Positions 50,331 through 63,939 of a stretch of DNA of 64,000 nt are shown piece by piece. Under the pieces are notes generated by a model. The model ran no database searches. It saw only the letters and a list, made by a program, of their open reading frames with translations, and was not told the origin of the DNA. Within the stretch, counting starts at the first letter, position 1. The number at the start of each line of letters is the position of its first letter. A program made the translations under genes and the position numbers. The DNA comes from Carcharhinus longimanus (lineage: Eukaryota), in NCBI GenBank assembly GCA_030264375.1, contig JASCQW010000043.1:70274960-70338959 (forward strand). Direction: 5' to 3'.

Positions 50331-51229
50331 TTTTCTTTTTAATAACAACACCTAGCCTGCATGAATGAAGGCACGTGTCTTTTAAAGATGGCATTAGAAT
50401 CTCCAGCCCCCATGAGGAATCAGCGGAGGAAGGGGGAGGAACAAATCACGCCCCCCCCCCCCGCCCCCCCAAATGAGATTTCACCAGCACCTCGCTNNNN
50501 NNNNNNNNNNNNNNNNNNNNNNNNNNNNNNNNNNNNNNNNNNNNNNNNNNNNNNNNNNNNNNNNNNNNNNNNNNNNNNNNNNNNNNNNNNNNNNNNNNNN
50601 NNNNNNNNNNNNNNNNNNNNNNNGGAAATGGAAACTTCAAAAATTTCTTTTAACTATAGAATTTGAAAAAAAAGACACTTTGCAAATATAAAATATTTTT
50701 CAGGACCAGAGGGGATGTTCAGCATCAAGTTGGAATGCAATTAAAATTCCAGTTACACTTTATTCAAAGTGTATCTTTATCATGGATTCTTGAAAATCAT
50801 AGCATAAAAAATGGAAACACACATCAATTCAGTAATATCTCTGATTTCCATGTACGAGGAATTCAAGAGCACATCCTGCAGTAGAGCAGACAATCACGTA
50901 GCAACCTCTGGATTTCCACAATAACTGAATATTTATTCAGAGGTTACAGAATAATGATGCAAATGCTGATAGTTTTGCTATTGTTGCAAAGGCAAAACCC
51001 AGGTCAACACTTAATGATACTTTCAAAGGTAAGTAGTTTCACTATTAACTGCTGGAATATATATTATCAGCTACATAAGTGTACACTGGACTCACAACAC
51101 TGACAAATATCAGACTGGGCCAGATACCTTCCAAATTGTTTCAACATGCAAGCACTGTACTGTAATTTATACAATAGGTTTATTATTCAGACTATAAACA
51201 CCAGGCATTCAAAGAATCATGGAAAATAC

Positions 51230-51500
51230 ATTACATCTCTCCTTTATATTTCACATTATCAAAATCTCTCACCTCTCAATTTTCAAAACATACTCGGTGA
51301 CCTCCTAACCTTCTCTGCACCAAGGAGTCTTAACTTTTCCAAACTATCCCTCATAACCGGTACCCTTCATTGCTAGTAACATCTCTGAACTTTTGTCAAG
51401 GCCTTTATACCTCTCTTTAAAAATGGTGCCCAGAATTGTCCATAATTCTCCGAATACTGCTGATTCAGTGATCTGGTATGTTCCAGTTCGAGCATTACTT
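51230..51500 (-). mobile_element. Old CR1-like fragment
   Basis: cctaaccttctctgc.ccaaggag...ctagtaacatctctgaactttt..caagg...ggtgcccagaattgtccataattctcc is the reverse complement of an 'ENYGQFWAP' remnant. Confidence 0.6.
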
Positions 51501-52289
51501 CTTCAGTAAAATTTGTTTGTAAATTTAAAACAGAACTAATATTCAAATTGTCCCTCTTTCCTGCTTATGCTGAAAAAGATCTATACATCAAAAATTGCAA
51601 CAGTACCTTGAAATCACTGGCTTTTTCCTGCACTGCTTCACTCAATATGGTCAGTTAATCGTTATTCATTAATTCACACATCTATATTATCAAGTTCATT
51701 TACGTGACAAGCTGCATTAATTTATATTTCCTCTGAAAAAAGTATTGACTATGGGGATTTGGTTCCACTGACACTAGTCAACTTTTTCAAATGACCACGC
51801 TACAAATCAGTAAAATTTCTGCTTGCCTAATTCAAAGCAAGTGGTCTCTGCTCATTGTGATACACCTCTATACAATTTGGTGCTTAGATGCAGATTGTCA
51901 GAGTTTAGCAATCCTAATTTAAACTCATACAAGGATGAAGTTTAACTGACTAAAAGCACAAAGAAACTCATGAGTTTGGCACTGTTTCACTAGCCAGAGG
52001 TCTCTTAAAGCATGATTTAGAACAGATATATTCTCAATGAAACCGCTTGTTTCAGTAACAAATCAAACTGTTTAATCAATATATCTTGCCCCCCCCAAAA
52101 AAAAAGTACCTGCAGACTTGCCCGATTCAGATACTGGATTATTTGAGCCTATGGGGCACTGCAAAATTTTCATTAGCAGGCACCACTCAGAGTTCATCCC
52201 AACTTGGAAAAGACCCCTTATATCACTTATATCTTTAGCTTCACTCCTTCCCTACCCCAAAGGATAATCAGATAGTGTTAGAGCACTAC

Positions 52290-52905
52290 AGCAGCGGCTA
52301 AGGCTATCCCAGTGGCAGATGTAAATATTACGTCAACATCCTGTGTTATATTGATCAGAAACTTAACTGGACCAGCCACATAAATACCATGGCTACACAA
52401 AAAGGTCAGATGCTGGGAATTCTGTGGTAACTCAACTCCCCAAAGCTTACTTGATAAGGCAGAATGCAGGAGTGTCATGGAAAATTCTGCACTTGCTTCG
52501 ACAAGTGCAACTCCAACATTCAATGAAATTGACACCATCCAGGACAAAGCAGCCTGATTGCTCAGCACCTTAAACAAACAAACATTCATCCACAAGATTT
52601 ACTGGAGCAACTCACCAAGATTCCAACAACAGCACCTTCCAAACCAGTGACCTCTACCACCTAAAGGAAGGAAATGGGCAGCAAATGCAGGAGAACATTG
52701 CCACCTGCAAGTTGCCCATCAAGCCACACAATTCTAACTTGGAACTATTGCCCCTTCTACACAGTGACCGGATCAAAAACCTGGAACTCCCACCCTAACA
52801 GCACTGTGGATCTACCTACAGCACGTGGGCAACAGCAAAAAGTTAGGGACGGACAATAAATGCTGGCCTTGCCAGCAATACTCACATCCCATGAACAAAA
52901 GGAAA
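52290..52905 (+). mobile_element. CR1-clade LINE 3' end (second family)
   Basis: tgatcagaaacttaactggaccagccacataaatac..., gacaccatccaggacaaagcagcc, ctggaactcc, caataaatgctggccttgccagc tail. Confidence 0.8.
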
Positions 52906-55119
52906 CTGAATTATGTGACTCACGCAAATGCGCTACCAACAATGAACTAGTTTTTCCATAAAGCTATTCACAATAGTAAAACCATTGCTAAGAAATATGA
53001 AAACAATTTTATACAGTTAAATCATGGCAGATATTCAAGGAGATTGTTTCCATGAATGACAGATAAAGACAATTATACTACTAAATTTACTTCCCATTTC
53101 CAGCCAACTTGTAATAATACGACAGCATTAGTGACTTGAGAGATTTGGAGTGAAATTTTAAGTGACCTAGTTGATTTCTTCCTAAAATACATATGTGTTT
53201 AAGAAAAGCTACAATTTGCAACTGTTTACTATAGACTAAGGATCATTTTTGAAATGGATAATGATAGCAAACATTTATTTCAACTTCTCATTACCAATTC
53301 CCATTACAAAGGGCATTTTAAAAGATTGCTGTTAGACATCAAAGACATACTGGAATTTTGTTGCGTGCCAATTCATTAATCGAGGAAGCTGATGCCATAG
53401 TGTAAATATACAAATAATTAACAGCATTTATTGCCAAAATGGGAATGTGTTGCTGTATGGACAGAAAAGTTAACTTGCATAGCACTTGCCAACATACAAA
53501 AGTCCAATTAATGTTGTGGCTCTGTATCTTTTGTCATGAAGAATGTGAAAGCTTGGTTCTTAAATGGAGAAAAGGAAGACTTGAAGCTTCAGCACATGCA
53601 TAATACATTGATCACAACAATTATGTTAAACAGCCATACCAAATTTTATTGTCTGCAACTTTGAATAGCACAAACATTTCACACATTTAAAAAAGACAAT
53701 ATGGTTACACTGCCACAATATTAAGATCTTGCCCATTAAAATACAAAGTGAAGTTAAAGCATTTTAGCTTGCTTCTTAACAGCAAAAGATTCCCATATGG
53801 CCTTCCATTTGAACTTCTCTAGTTCTAGTTATCGTGAAATACACAGCAACTATTCCAAATTTTTTAGTAAATACTTGTTCTCCTTGCACTTCACTGTTAG
53901 TTACCATTGTGCCAGCACGAAACATGGAAAATTACTAAGTGGACACCTGCAACAGCCTCCATGCTCATGGTCCTAAATATAAACCATTATAGCCATTTGC
54001 AAAAGACCATACCTTTTCAAATAATCACCATTAACCTGCTTCAACTCAAAAGTCAAATATTAAAATGTTATATTTTTGTTCAGAAAAAAAACTAAAACCA
54101 GTAAAGGAGATGTGTTTTATCACGTTATGGCACAGATGTACAAGGTTCAGTGGTACTTTTAAAACTTCCACCAACCACCTTTATGTAAAAATATAGTTCA
54201 CAAATGTTATAAACGTATGGCTTTAAAAACTATTAAATTTGCATGGATGTGCATGACAGATATCCTTCCATTTGTAAATTGTAATACAAGCTGCAGCAGG
54301 AAATATCAGTGTTGCACATTTGCTCATTATTCAATCATTTAAGATGATTTTTTGCCAAGCACAAAGGGAAAAAAAAAAATCGAAGGTTGTCAGGCCACCA
54401 CAAATGGCTTATTGACCTCAAGCCAATTTTCATCTCCATTTATTTTTTTTAAGCAGGCACATGACTGAAAGGCATTCCTTCAGGGGTTTTATTTTGAAAA
54501 ATCCATGTCACTCAAATGCAACAGCGCACCAATGTATTTTAGTGTTCCATTAATTGATTGGTTAATAAATGAGAAGCCTGAGCCAAATTGTTCCAAGTGC
54601 AACAACACATCAAATACTGTCCATCAACACTCAGTGGTTGAAGTCTTCACATACAAGAAATTACAAGCACTTTCAAGATTTGATTTAAAATAAAACCTAC
54701 TACAGCTTATGTCAGTTCTCATTATAATGATCTTTGGGACACAAATGATATAGAATAGCTCGTCAAACCAAACTTAATCGGTGTAAGTGCCACTGCCAAA
54801 ATTAGCACTCCCAGAAGCACTGAAAGATTATTTCATTCCTTGAAATTTAATTTGTTCCGGCTACAGTCTCCATAGCAACATTGACTCAATCCCCGAATCA
54901 TTGAGTAATTGGAGATCTTGTCTTTCTATCACTCTAAAATTCAATGATTTGTTTCAACAGTGCTGGCACAATCAAATTTATAAGTCTCTGAGGTAATATT
55001 CATTTAAGGATCCATATTCGTCCCCACTTTGCAGAGCCATTAACAAAGACAAAATCAAACTTTGGGTATATATAGTTGTAGTAGAAAATGGCCTCATTTA
55101 TGCTTTTGTTACCTCCAGA

Positions 55120-55620
55120 TTCGACTTACCTAACATGTCCCTGGACAGCCTCCCTTCTTCCACTCTCCATAACCTTACTTAAAACATTGTTGTTATTTCA
55201 ACAAATTAATTTATCAACCATGCGCACGGGCTTCATTAGCTCCCAGACCAGCAATTTCCTGGTTTAAAACTCTCACCCTCATATTCAAATGACTCCATGG
55301 TCTCAGTACTTCCCATCTCCAGTCCTATACTCCTTGGGGGAATTCTGGCCTCTTGTGTAGTCTTCACTTCCATTGCTATGTCTTCATTAAATTAGTGACT
55401 ACATTTCAAAACTATCTGATTAGCTGAAAAGCTTTGAGGTGTCCTAAAGTCAGAAAATGCACCATACAGGTCAGCTATTTTAGGTTTCAGACACACCTTA
55501 AATCATATTTGATCAAACTTTTGATTAATTTGGCTTAATTTTTTTTGCTTGATCACACCCATAAAGCACCTTCGGATGCCATATTGTTAAAAACAGCTAC
55601 ATAAATGCAAGTTGCTATAG
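55120..55620 (+). mobile_element. Old L2-like LINE 3' remnant with Deu/L2-type tails
   Basis: tttaaaactctcaccctcatattcaaa..ctccatgg remnant and two copies of the aaagc..t..ga.g..t...aaa.g.c.ac.ta.a.atgcaagt-type tail. Confidence 0.45.
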
Positions 55621-57264
55621 TCTGATAAGGCAATGATATAATATTTTAAAAATGTACTGAATCTTCCATGGAATGGCAATCACTGCTAGATTTTTTGCCT
55701 GGATCTGGCCAAGACTTCCTGTGGAACTTGGCGCATACCCACTTCTAGAGTACTTCACTCAATGTAGCAGCACTGGCGGAAGCTAAGCCACCTCACATTT
55801 TTACAGCACTAGCTATTACATTCTGCTAAGTTTAAATGTACAAGCCTGGAGAGAAAGCAAGTGTGCGAGGTAAGTGGGTGATGGGGGTAGGGCAGGTAGT
55901 CAGAGGGGTCTGGATGGTAGTTGGGTTGGGGGCTAATACTCCATTTACTTGGGAGATTTAATCCTGCTAACTTTTCCTGGGTAACTAATCTGCTAAGTAA
56001 GTCGGAACCAACCAAAAGTCTCCGACTTTCTATCAGAGTTTAAGGATTGACGCAGGGTAATTGTCCAACCGAAGTTGAAACTTCCTAGGCAATTCTCATA
56101 GTTAGTACATGGGGACTTCCGAGGGGTCCCCCAACACACCTTCCAGGGTCATCCAGAAAATGAAGATCAGGACTCCCATCTTTATGCAGTCACCTCAAAC
56201 TAATCCATACGTTTATTATTAGAAGTTAATTAATAGATATGGGGATACATCACAAACAGAAACAAGATTTCACTACAGCTTAAAGACACACATTCCAGAT
56301 ATTAGTTTTAGTCAAGCTTCCAACTGAAACAAGAAAGATTCAGAGAAATTTCTCAGTGTCAAAATTGTTCCTTTTTAAAAAAATGCAATGCAAATCGAAC
56401 ACCGCCACAAGTCAACCATGCAAAGTTGCAAACACATACAATCGAGCAAAATGGGCCGGCCAGTTAGTTTCTGTTTATAAAACTGATCCAATTTTGGGAA
56501 GAAATAGTTTTATTTCAAAGACNNNNNNNNNNNNNNNNNNNNNNNNNNNNNNNNNNNNNNNNNNNNNNNNNNNNNNNNNNNNNNNNNNNNNNNNNNNNNN
56601 NNNNNNNNNNNNNNNNNNNNNNAATAATTAGCCAAGAAACATTAGACAGGAAAATCTCCCTGCACTCCCCCAGCAATTATTCATACGGACAACCCACCAG
56701 CTATCCAACCCACTGAACTACTCGCTATTATCTGCGTATTTAAATATATCTTATACCAACTCCTGTTGTAAAGAGGGTGGCGGCTGCACTGATCCTTTTT
56801 ATTGCTCTTTCTGTGGATTTCTACATGGAGCAAGTTCCTCTGGCTGCTGCATCGGGAGTCAGATTCCTTTAAAACGAAACGAGGTGCGCAACTTACTGAC
56901 TTCTCTCAGTGTTGAGTGCAGCAGTTCTGACATTGATCCCATCTCTTACTTGTACTATGTATACTTACTTGTACTAACTATACTAATTTTTAGTAGCTAC
57001 CGCTCACTCTAATGTAAATATTCTCATTACACAACTGCAGTACTGAATATCACTGAATCATAGCCAACTGACAGAAACTAAATTGGGAGTTTCTTTACCA
57101 CGTCTCTTTGGCATAAATGCATCACACTTCTATCAGTAGCTCCAGTCTCTATACAGCACATCCCAATACATTTTAATCTATTCAGCTTCACCGTAAGATA
57201 CATAACTGAAGTCAACACTAAAACCACAAGAAACTTGGCACTTTTCCAAAATTATGGTGACATT

Positions 57265-57420
57265 GAGATCAGACAGCATAGAAGAGGGCCCTTCAGCCCA
57301 TTGAATCCACATCAGGAACATCTGATTTCCCACCCAATCCCATCTGCCAGCACTTGGTCCATAGCCCTGAATGTTATGATGTGCCAAGTGCTCATTCAGA
57401 TACTTATTAAAGGAGGTGCC
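57265..57420 (-). mobile_element. CR1 3' tail fragment
   Basis: acagcatagaagagggcccttcagcccatt...aatccca..tgccagcacttggtccatagccctgaatgtt, similar to 5834-5960. Confidence 0.7.
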
Positions 57421-57479
57421 TTCCATTTGATGTTGGTCAGCAGGCTCTCTGGGCACTTGTTTGTAACAAAGGGTTTTTT

Positions 57480-57830
57480 TTAATTCATTTACAGGAAGTG
57501 AGTATTGCTGGTTGGGCCAGCATTTATTACCCACCCCACACTGCCCTCTATTTCAGAGGGCATTGAGAGTCAATCACATTGATGTGGACATGGAGTCATA
57601 TGTAGGCCTGACCAGATAAGGATGACAGATTTCCTTCCATAAAAGGACATTAGTGAACCAGATAGTTTTTTTTTTACAATTGACAACATTTTCATGGTGA
57701 TCATTAGACATTTAATGCCAGATTTTTTTTTATTGGATTCAAATTTCACCATCTGCCTTGGTGGGATTTGAACCCAGTTCTCCAGATCTAGCCCTGGGTC
57801 TTAATTATTAGTCCAGTTGCCACTGTCACC
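57480..57830 (-). mobile_element. tRNA-derived SINE with CR1-type tail
   Basis: B-box-like gggttcaaatccc on the minus strand (plus gggatttgaaccc, ~57763-57775). The tail gccagcatttatt.ccca.ccc is shared with the second CR1 family. Confidence 0.8.
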
Positions 57831-60084
57831 CTTTTGCTCACCACTGATGTCTTTGAGATTTTGTACTGAAGTATATCAGAAAGGAAGGCCAAGCCTGTTC
57901 TGCTCACGCTGTCGTAGCCATTGGCTGAGAGCCGACGCAAGATCCATAAGTCTATGATCGAAATTTCAAATTAAAAGGCCACAGAAAAAATAATTGAGCG
58001 AAAGGAATTTAAAACAGGGAAGAAATAATTATTCTGGTATACAAACACAACACTTCTGAAAACACAATGAAGAGTCATCGACATGACTTCTAGTTCTTTG
58101 ACCCTGCTTTTACTGAGTTGTGGCATGTACAGCCTGATTATACAGCCAAGCTACAACAAAAAGAGTATTAATGAGCCACGGTCCATTCAATCCTCTGTCC
58201 TTCCACACCAGCTCTTCTATAATTCACAGGAGCTTTTCATGATTCACCCAGAGACAGCAATTGGATCTTGAAGTCAATTTCTCCTCAGCCATCAACCAAT
58301 GCTTTCCAACAACCTTTCCCTACTAATGCAAAAATCCATACTCCCATTGCCCTTGCAAAATGCTAAACAAGCAGTATTGGCAATTCACTTGAGTGCTGTA
58401 ATATATTTACTGCAAATCCCCACGGCAGGACTCCTAATATAGTTTTTATTGTGTCTGCACTTGTCAATACAGTGACTGGTCACTGTCTGGATAATCTGCC
58501 AAGTGCAACTGTTTACCCAAGACAGCGATAGGATACACAAGCAGTGTAAGCTATAACTGTCAAGAATCCCTGGCTCTTGTCAATGACCTTTAATTAACAC
58601 TTCACTTTATAAACTTTAGGCCTTATCAGCAGTGTCTTACAAGAAAGATGTAGGGAGAGAAGTGCCTGGCATTCCACTCAGTTATTAGGTTCTGATTTTT
58701 TTAAAATATAACAAACTAATCTGTTTAGATTAACAATTTCAAGCTAACAGTTCAAATTCCATGGAACTGCTCTATGTAAAACTTTGGATTTAAAAATGCC
58801 TTAAGACAATTTTCAAAACACTTAGCTGCATTAGCTCACCTTCATATAAAAATCATGAGCACATTTAACCTTCAGTTTCCAAACAAACCACTTATGGGTT
58901 TAAGTTTTTTTAAAAAAGAGAACCACCTAATATTTAACCTATACATCATATCCACGCTGACTATTCTGCTGCAAACCTGGCAGTGGCGAGTGGCTAGTTG
59001 ATAAATACGCATCAGAAACTTTTTTTAAAAGCCCTCAATGCCAGTTGCTCCATTTTGCTCCTGTTTTATAGGCACAAATAAAACAATATTTTTGAATAGC
59101 AATTCAAAGTGAAAATCACAATTTTGACTGGCATGATTAGTGCAATTCAGCCCAACATAGTTACTAAGCAATAATTAAACAATAATTCAAATCTCTATTC
59201 AGTTGCCAATACAGACTAAGTTCACCAAAATATTGCAATTCTACCTGACCCCTTCATGGTAGTGCATAACAGTAACATGAAAACTGACTCACCTCATAAA
59301 ATAAAGGTTTTCGCAGTCAATTTAAGAGATTCAGCAATTTTTGTTAAAATAAATGAAATAAAACTTAAATGAAATGGAGTAATATTAAATGGTTCACCAA
59401 ATGCAAGATTCAACTTGAGCACAATGTCAGAAAAATTAACTACACAAGTCACCTACAGCACCCTCAAGCAATTCAATTGAGCCTAATGAGAAAAGGGAGA
59501 TTAAAATCTCCAGTATCAGCACTAGCAATTACTCAGCCACTTTGGAGAACCCAAGGGAACCCTACCAAAGGCCATAGAGATGAAAATCTAATAAAGCGAA
59601 CAGACCCAAAGATACAAGAGATATGACCTACTCTGTAATTAAATGGGCCTTCTAGATACCTGCACACAAATTGAGAGATCAGCGTGAGACTAACAAATTA
59701 AATGGCAAAACTTCATTATGTCAACAATTGCAGGTCAACAATTTTTGTTAGAACCACCGTACATCTTTGACTATTATAAGGGTTGAAAAGACCTTCTATA
59801 TTGTCATTATTTGATTTAAGTTAGGCTGAAAATTTATTAAGCATTGAGGTTCAAATTTGAGGTTACTTGCATTCAGGTGGCTGAAATCAGTGAAGTGATT
59901 TAAGGCTATTCCTCCAACACAACTGGCCTTATATACTTGGGGGCAATATTGAATTACAATCCTAATACAAGTATCAAATTGTTGGGCAGAAAGGTTATGT
60001 GGGCACAGTTCTGAAAAAGGTAATTGGCTGGAAACATTAGTTTTGACATCCTTCTATTCATGAAAGTTAATGGACACACAGCAA

Positions 60085-60670
60085 ACAAGCCTAATTCAGC
60101 TGGGGTGTCTTCATATGGTGTACTTTGATGATGGCGGAAGAGACCAATTCTTGACAAGTAGATTCTTTCACAAGTGCTGCACATGAGACTAACAAGTGTT
60201 GTTCTGGGTCGTTCTGGCATTGGCACCATGCCACTGGTGCTGCTGCCAGCCCACACGAGGTGTTGCTACTTTCCCCTCTCGTCTGCAGGTACCTTGCAGG
60301 CGTGATAATCAATGCCCAGGGCCTCAGGTCATACTTGCAAGCTTCCTTTGGTCATTTTGCTATGCTACTTCACAGTATACAAGTTCTTGGGTAAGTGACC
60401 ATCTTTTTTCCTGCCAATATGTCTGAGCCAACAAAGTCACCTTTGTTTGATAAGCAACAAATTTGGGAGCTCTGCCTTGTTGTTGATTTTCTTTTATTAG
60501 GCTATATCCAACATGTGCCATAGGCAGCAAAACATCATTTCTCTTTCCACAGATGCTTTCAAATCTGAGCATTGAGTATATACTGTTATTAGAACACTTC
60601 CCTTTTCCCATTCCCAGAAGCATTTCTTCATTTGCAGCCAAATGGAAACGCTGCATATTCAGCATTTGAG
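60085..60670 (-). mobile_element. RTE-clade LINE 3' fragment
   Basis: ORF 59954..60256 contains CSTCERIYLSRIGLFRHH, the C-terminal zinc-finger-like motif of RTE ORFs. An upstream 'PRTCIL*..*QNDQRKL' remnant is also present. Confidence 0.65.
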
Positions 60671-61194
60671 TTGCAAACTTTTCACTCTTCGATCATATAC
60701 TACAAATGCAGTAAATTTAAAATGCAAAACAACAAGACCATTCATTCTTACACAGATGGGTAATATTCTTAGCCTCTTCAATCAAGGATGAGAAAAAGAA
60801 TTTCTGATGGATCAAATTACCTGGAGGAAAAAACACCTGTCAATGGGAACTAGGGGAATGAAGAGGAAGACGGAAATCGAAGGGAGCTACTAACATAAAG
60901 GAGTGCCGCTTAATCAACTGATTTAACAAGGGCAAATCTTGTTTGGCCATTTACCATTGAACATTATACCTAAAATAATGCCTGGTTCAGATATAAGATG
61001 TTGCATCCCTGCTGACTTGGAATGAGGCCATCAGCCAACAAGCCTTAAAGTCAATGAAAACGAATGTACAAATTTTCTAAATAATACAACTGGTAAATAT
61101 GGTTACTGATTCCATGATCAGAGAATAGATACTGTCAGAGTAACTTTCACTTCGGTTAATCAAATGTTAAATCTATTAGAACATAATATGCAGC

Positions 61195-61406
61195 TTCCAC
61201 CCAGGCCCTTTCCTCCTTATCCCCCTAGCCATCTATCTTGGCAACCCATCTAATCTACATATCTTTGGGCTATGGGCAGAAACCTGAGTATATGAAGGAA
61301 ATCCGTCCAGGATTCTGGAGAGAACATGCAAACTCCAAAGTCAGTCATCCAAGGGGAGGAATCCCACCTAGGTTCCTGGCACTATGAGGCAGCAGTGCTA
61401 ACCACC
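61195..61406 (-). mobile_element. HE1-type V-SINE, degenerate
   Basis: gagaacatgcaaactcca..gtcagtcatccaagg...ctggcactatgaggcagcagtgctaaccac, homologous to 715-795. Confidence 0.8.
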
Positions 61407-63894
61407 CTCAAAGAGCACCCCCTGTTCTCAAAGGACAAATAAAAACCATGTGTCAACTAAACACGTAATGTGCATAGTCATAAGTTCTGTACCAAGACTA
61501 ACAAATCAGGACAAAGGCTAAGTTAATATTAAAACTGGGTTACAATCTCAATATGCAAAGTTATATTCACAATGTTAATCTGAATCTTTTTAAAAAAAAG
61601 GCTAATCCACAAATTACTGCAGGCACCTATTTACTGAACAACGTGCCTTTTTTGGACAAAAAGGAATTTTGTGAACATGAAATAGAAAAAACAAAATTAT
61701 TCCTGCATCAATCTACAAAATCAATTTGGTATTACTGCCAGTTAAACTGTATGATTACAAGCACTCCACCTTTACTTATCTGCCCATACATTATAGTAGG
61801 AAATCATTAAACTCTGGAACATTATACAGGTCGATGTCAAGAGCTGAAACATTAACAACTGTAGTTTCAAGCTGTTCTCAATCAGCTGCTTACCAGTAAC
61901 AAACCATCCCTTCTCCAATGTACACATCACCACCATTATAATAAAATCATCTGTTTATAGTCATAAAAGATTAAAGTAACATTAAAATTAAAACAGCTCA
62001 AGCAAAGAACATTCCCCACTAGTCAAAATATAGACGTTTCCCATGCCAATAAGGACACAAAATAAGATTCACTATCATCTAAAGACTTCCAACTATAATC
62101 AATATCCATCCATTTCCTTGCAACAGCTGCTTTTAAAATATACCAAGAAGTCTATTTAAAGAAAAACATTGAAAACGCAAACTTTTCTTTTCTCATGACT
62201 TGGGTATTACACCATGAATGAAAGGCACTGAAGCTTGAATAAAAAGCATTTGCTCGCAACTCTACAACCCCGCAGGTGGTATCCTCAAAGAGCAGGCAGA
62301 GTGCCTACTCAGAAGACAAACCACGAGAAGGGATGATGCTTTGTATGAAAAAAATCTCCAGAGCAATGTTCACTTGCCATCTAGAGTATAAACTATAAAA
62401 AAGGGAGAATACTTGTGAGTCTGCGAGGAGCCTAGCTAATGCCCATTCTTCCCCCAGAGAGAATTCTTGTCAAATGTAACGAGACTGCATAGGCTTTTTC
62501 TACAACATAATGAGCACTTAGGCCGCACTGGTGATCAGTCAGCAAAATGCATCAGTTTCAGCCAAGTTACACCCTTGGGTCCAAACGTCATCAGTTTTGG
62601 AGAATTATAATCAGATACCTTTGTCAGCTTATACACTAACAATCGTGTCTGAAATTTGCAACTATAAAAATTCTGCATGCATTGAAAACATGTTTTTTTT
62701 TTAAATGTAATTTAATGCAACCTACAAATCCAATTCTCCAGAGGGAAGCAATTGAACACTTTAAACAATCCATCTGTATTCTGAAAGAAGTGTTTAACTT
62801 AAAATCCTTCATTTATGCACATAAATATCACCGCAGCATTTGACAGCCAAAAAGGAGGTTGTGCAGACAACTCTGGATTTCATTTCAAATGCAACATTAC
62901 TCAAACCAGGAGCACAAAAGATTGCCAGAGCAATCACTGGATTTACATTAATATACCAAGGCAACATTTCTCAGCTTTACTGAAATCTTAAGACCATAAA
63001 AACTAACAAAGGAGCACCCATGTTGAAATGCATTTTCATTCCTTTTGGCAGAGATGTTATCAGCCAAGAGTTAATGATAATCTTTTTAAAGGAGGAGTAA
63101 ATCAATGTCTTAAAGATTTGCTATCAATAGTATCTGAAGGATTAGAAACCCTCAAAGTCACCACTTCTCTTGCATTGCTTACGTCCTGCAATGAATGCTT
63201 TCTTAGCAAACAACCAGGGTCAAAAGCACCATTTAAGATATTCAGTTGTGTATCCCATGCATTGTCCCATCCTTTCTCGATTTTATTTATTTTAATACTC
63301 AGAATCTTACTTCACCACCTCACCAACTGAATATATACTAGTTTCTTATATAAAAGAACTTCTACACATCACTTGAAAGCATACATATAGTAACTTATAG
63401 CCATCATCTCAAACCACAAAGTACATTCATTCCATAAACTCTACATACACAGGGACAAGGAGGCCTCTGTTCAACTTAAATCAGATCTTTAGTATTTACA
63501 GGAGCATTAGTTACACGAGGCCATGCTCTGTGCGCATTACTAGAATATTAATCACGTTCACCAAAGTATGAGGATCATACCAACTTCCCATTCCTACATT
63601 TGGAATTGAACACAAGTTTGCATATTTGCTTTTTACTGTAATCCAGGTCCATCATATAATATTAAAAATATTAATTCTGAAATGAAATATTTGCTGGTGA
63701 GATAATAGCTCAGCTCCAATCAGCATCAGAAAGGAAAAGGCTGCTCTGGGTAAAACTCCAGACTGAATGACTGAAAAAATGACTGAATAATGACTGAAAA
63801 AAGGCAACGGATCCTCTCTCATTTCCAATGTTGATGACAAATGTTTTGTTTTACTCTTTTCTTTTGGGATAAATTTCTATCAAAACCATCTTAC

Positions 63895-63939
63895 CTGTTT
63901 GTGCATCTCAATATTCAATCCATATGACATTTCATAATA
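63895..63939 (-). CDS. TLE1: TLE/Groucho co-repressor, coding exon equivalent to mammalian exon 4 (Q domain)
   Basis: The minus strand reads ctcttttacag|TATTATGAAATG...ATGCACAAACAG|gtaaga. The 45 nt translate to YYEMSYGLNIEMHKQ, the conserved Groucho Q-domain peptide. Confidence 0.96.

Larger units (their letters stand above)
47360..50496. mobile_element. Fossil autonomous PIF/Harbinger DNA transposon (boundaries approximate, right end in a gap)
   Basis: Convergent transposase (+) and Myb/SANT (-) remnants within a GC-richer block. TIRs were not confidently located. Confidence 0.65.

Noticed and set aside
59288-59310. Second AG|GT juxtaposition (ttttattttatGAG|GTGAGT) in intron 4
   Set aside because: The GAG acceptor and short tract make it much weaker than the 2689 site, and such motifs are expected by chance in 37 kb.
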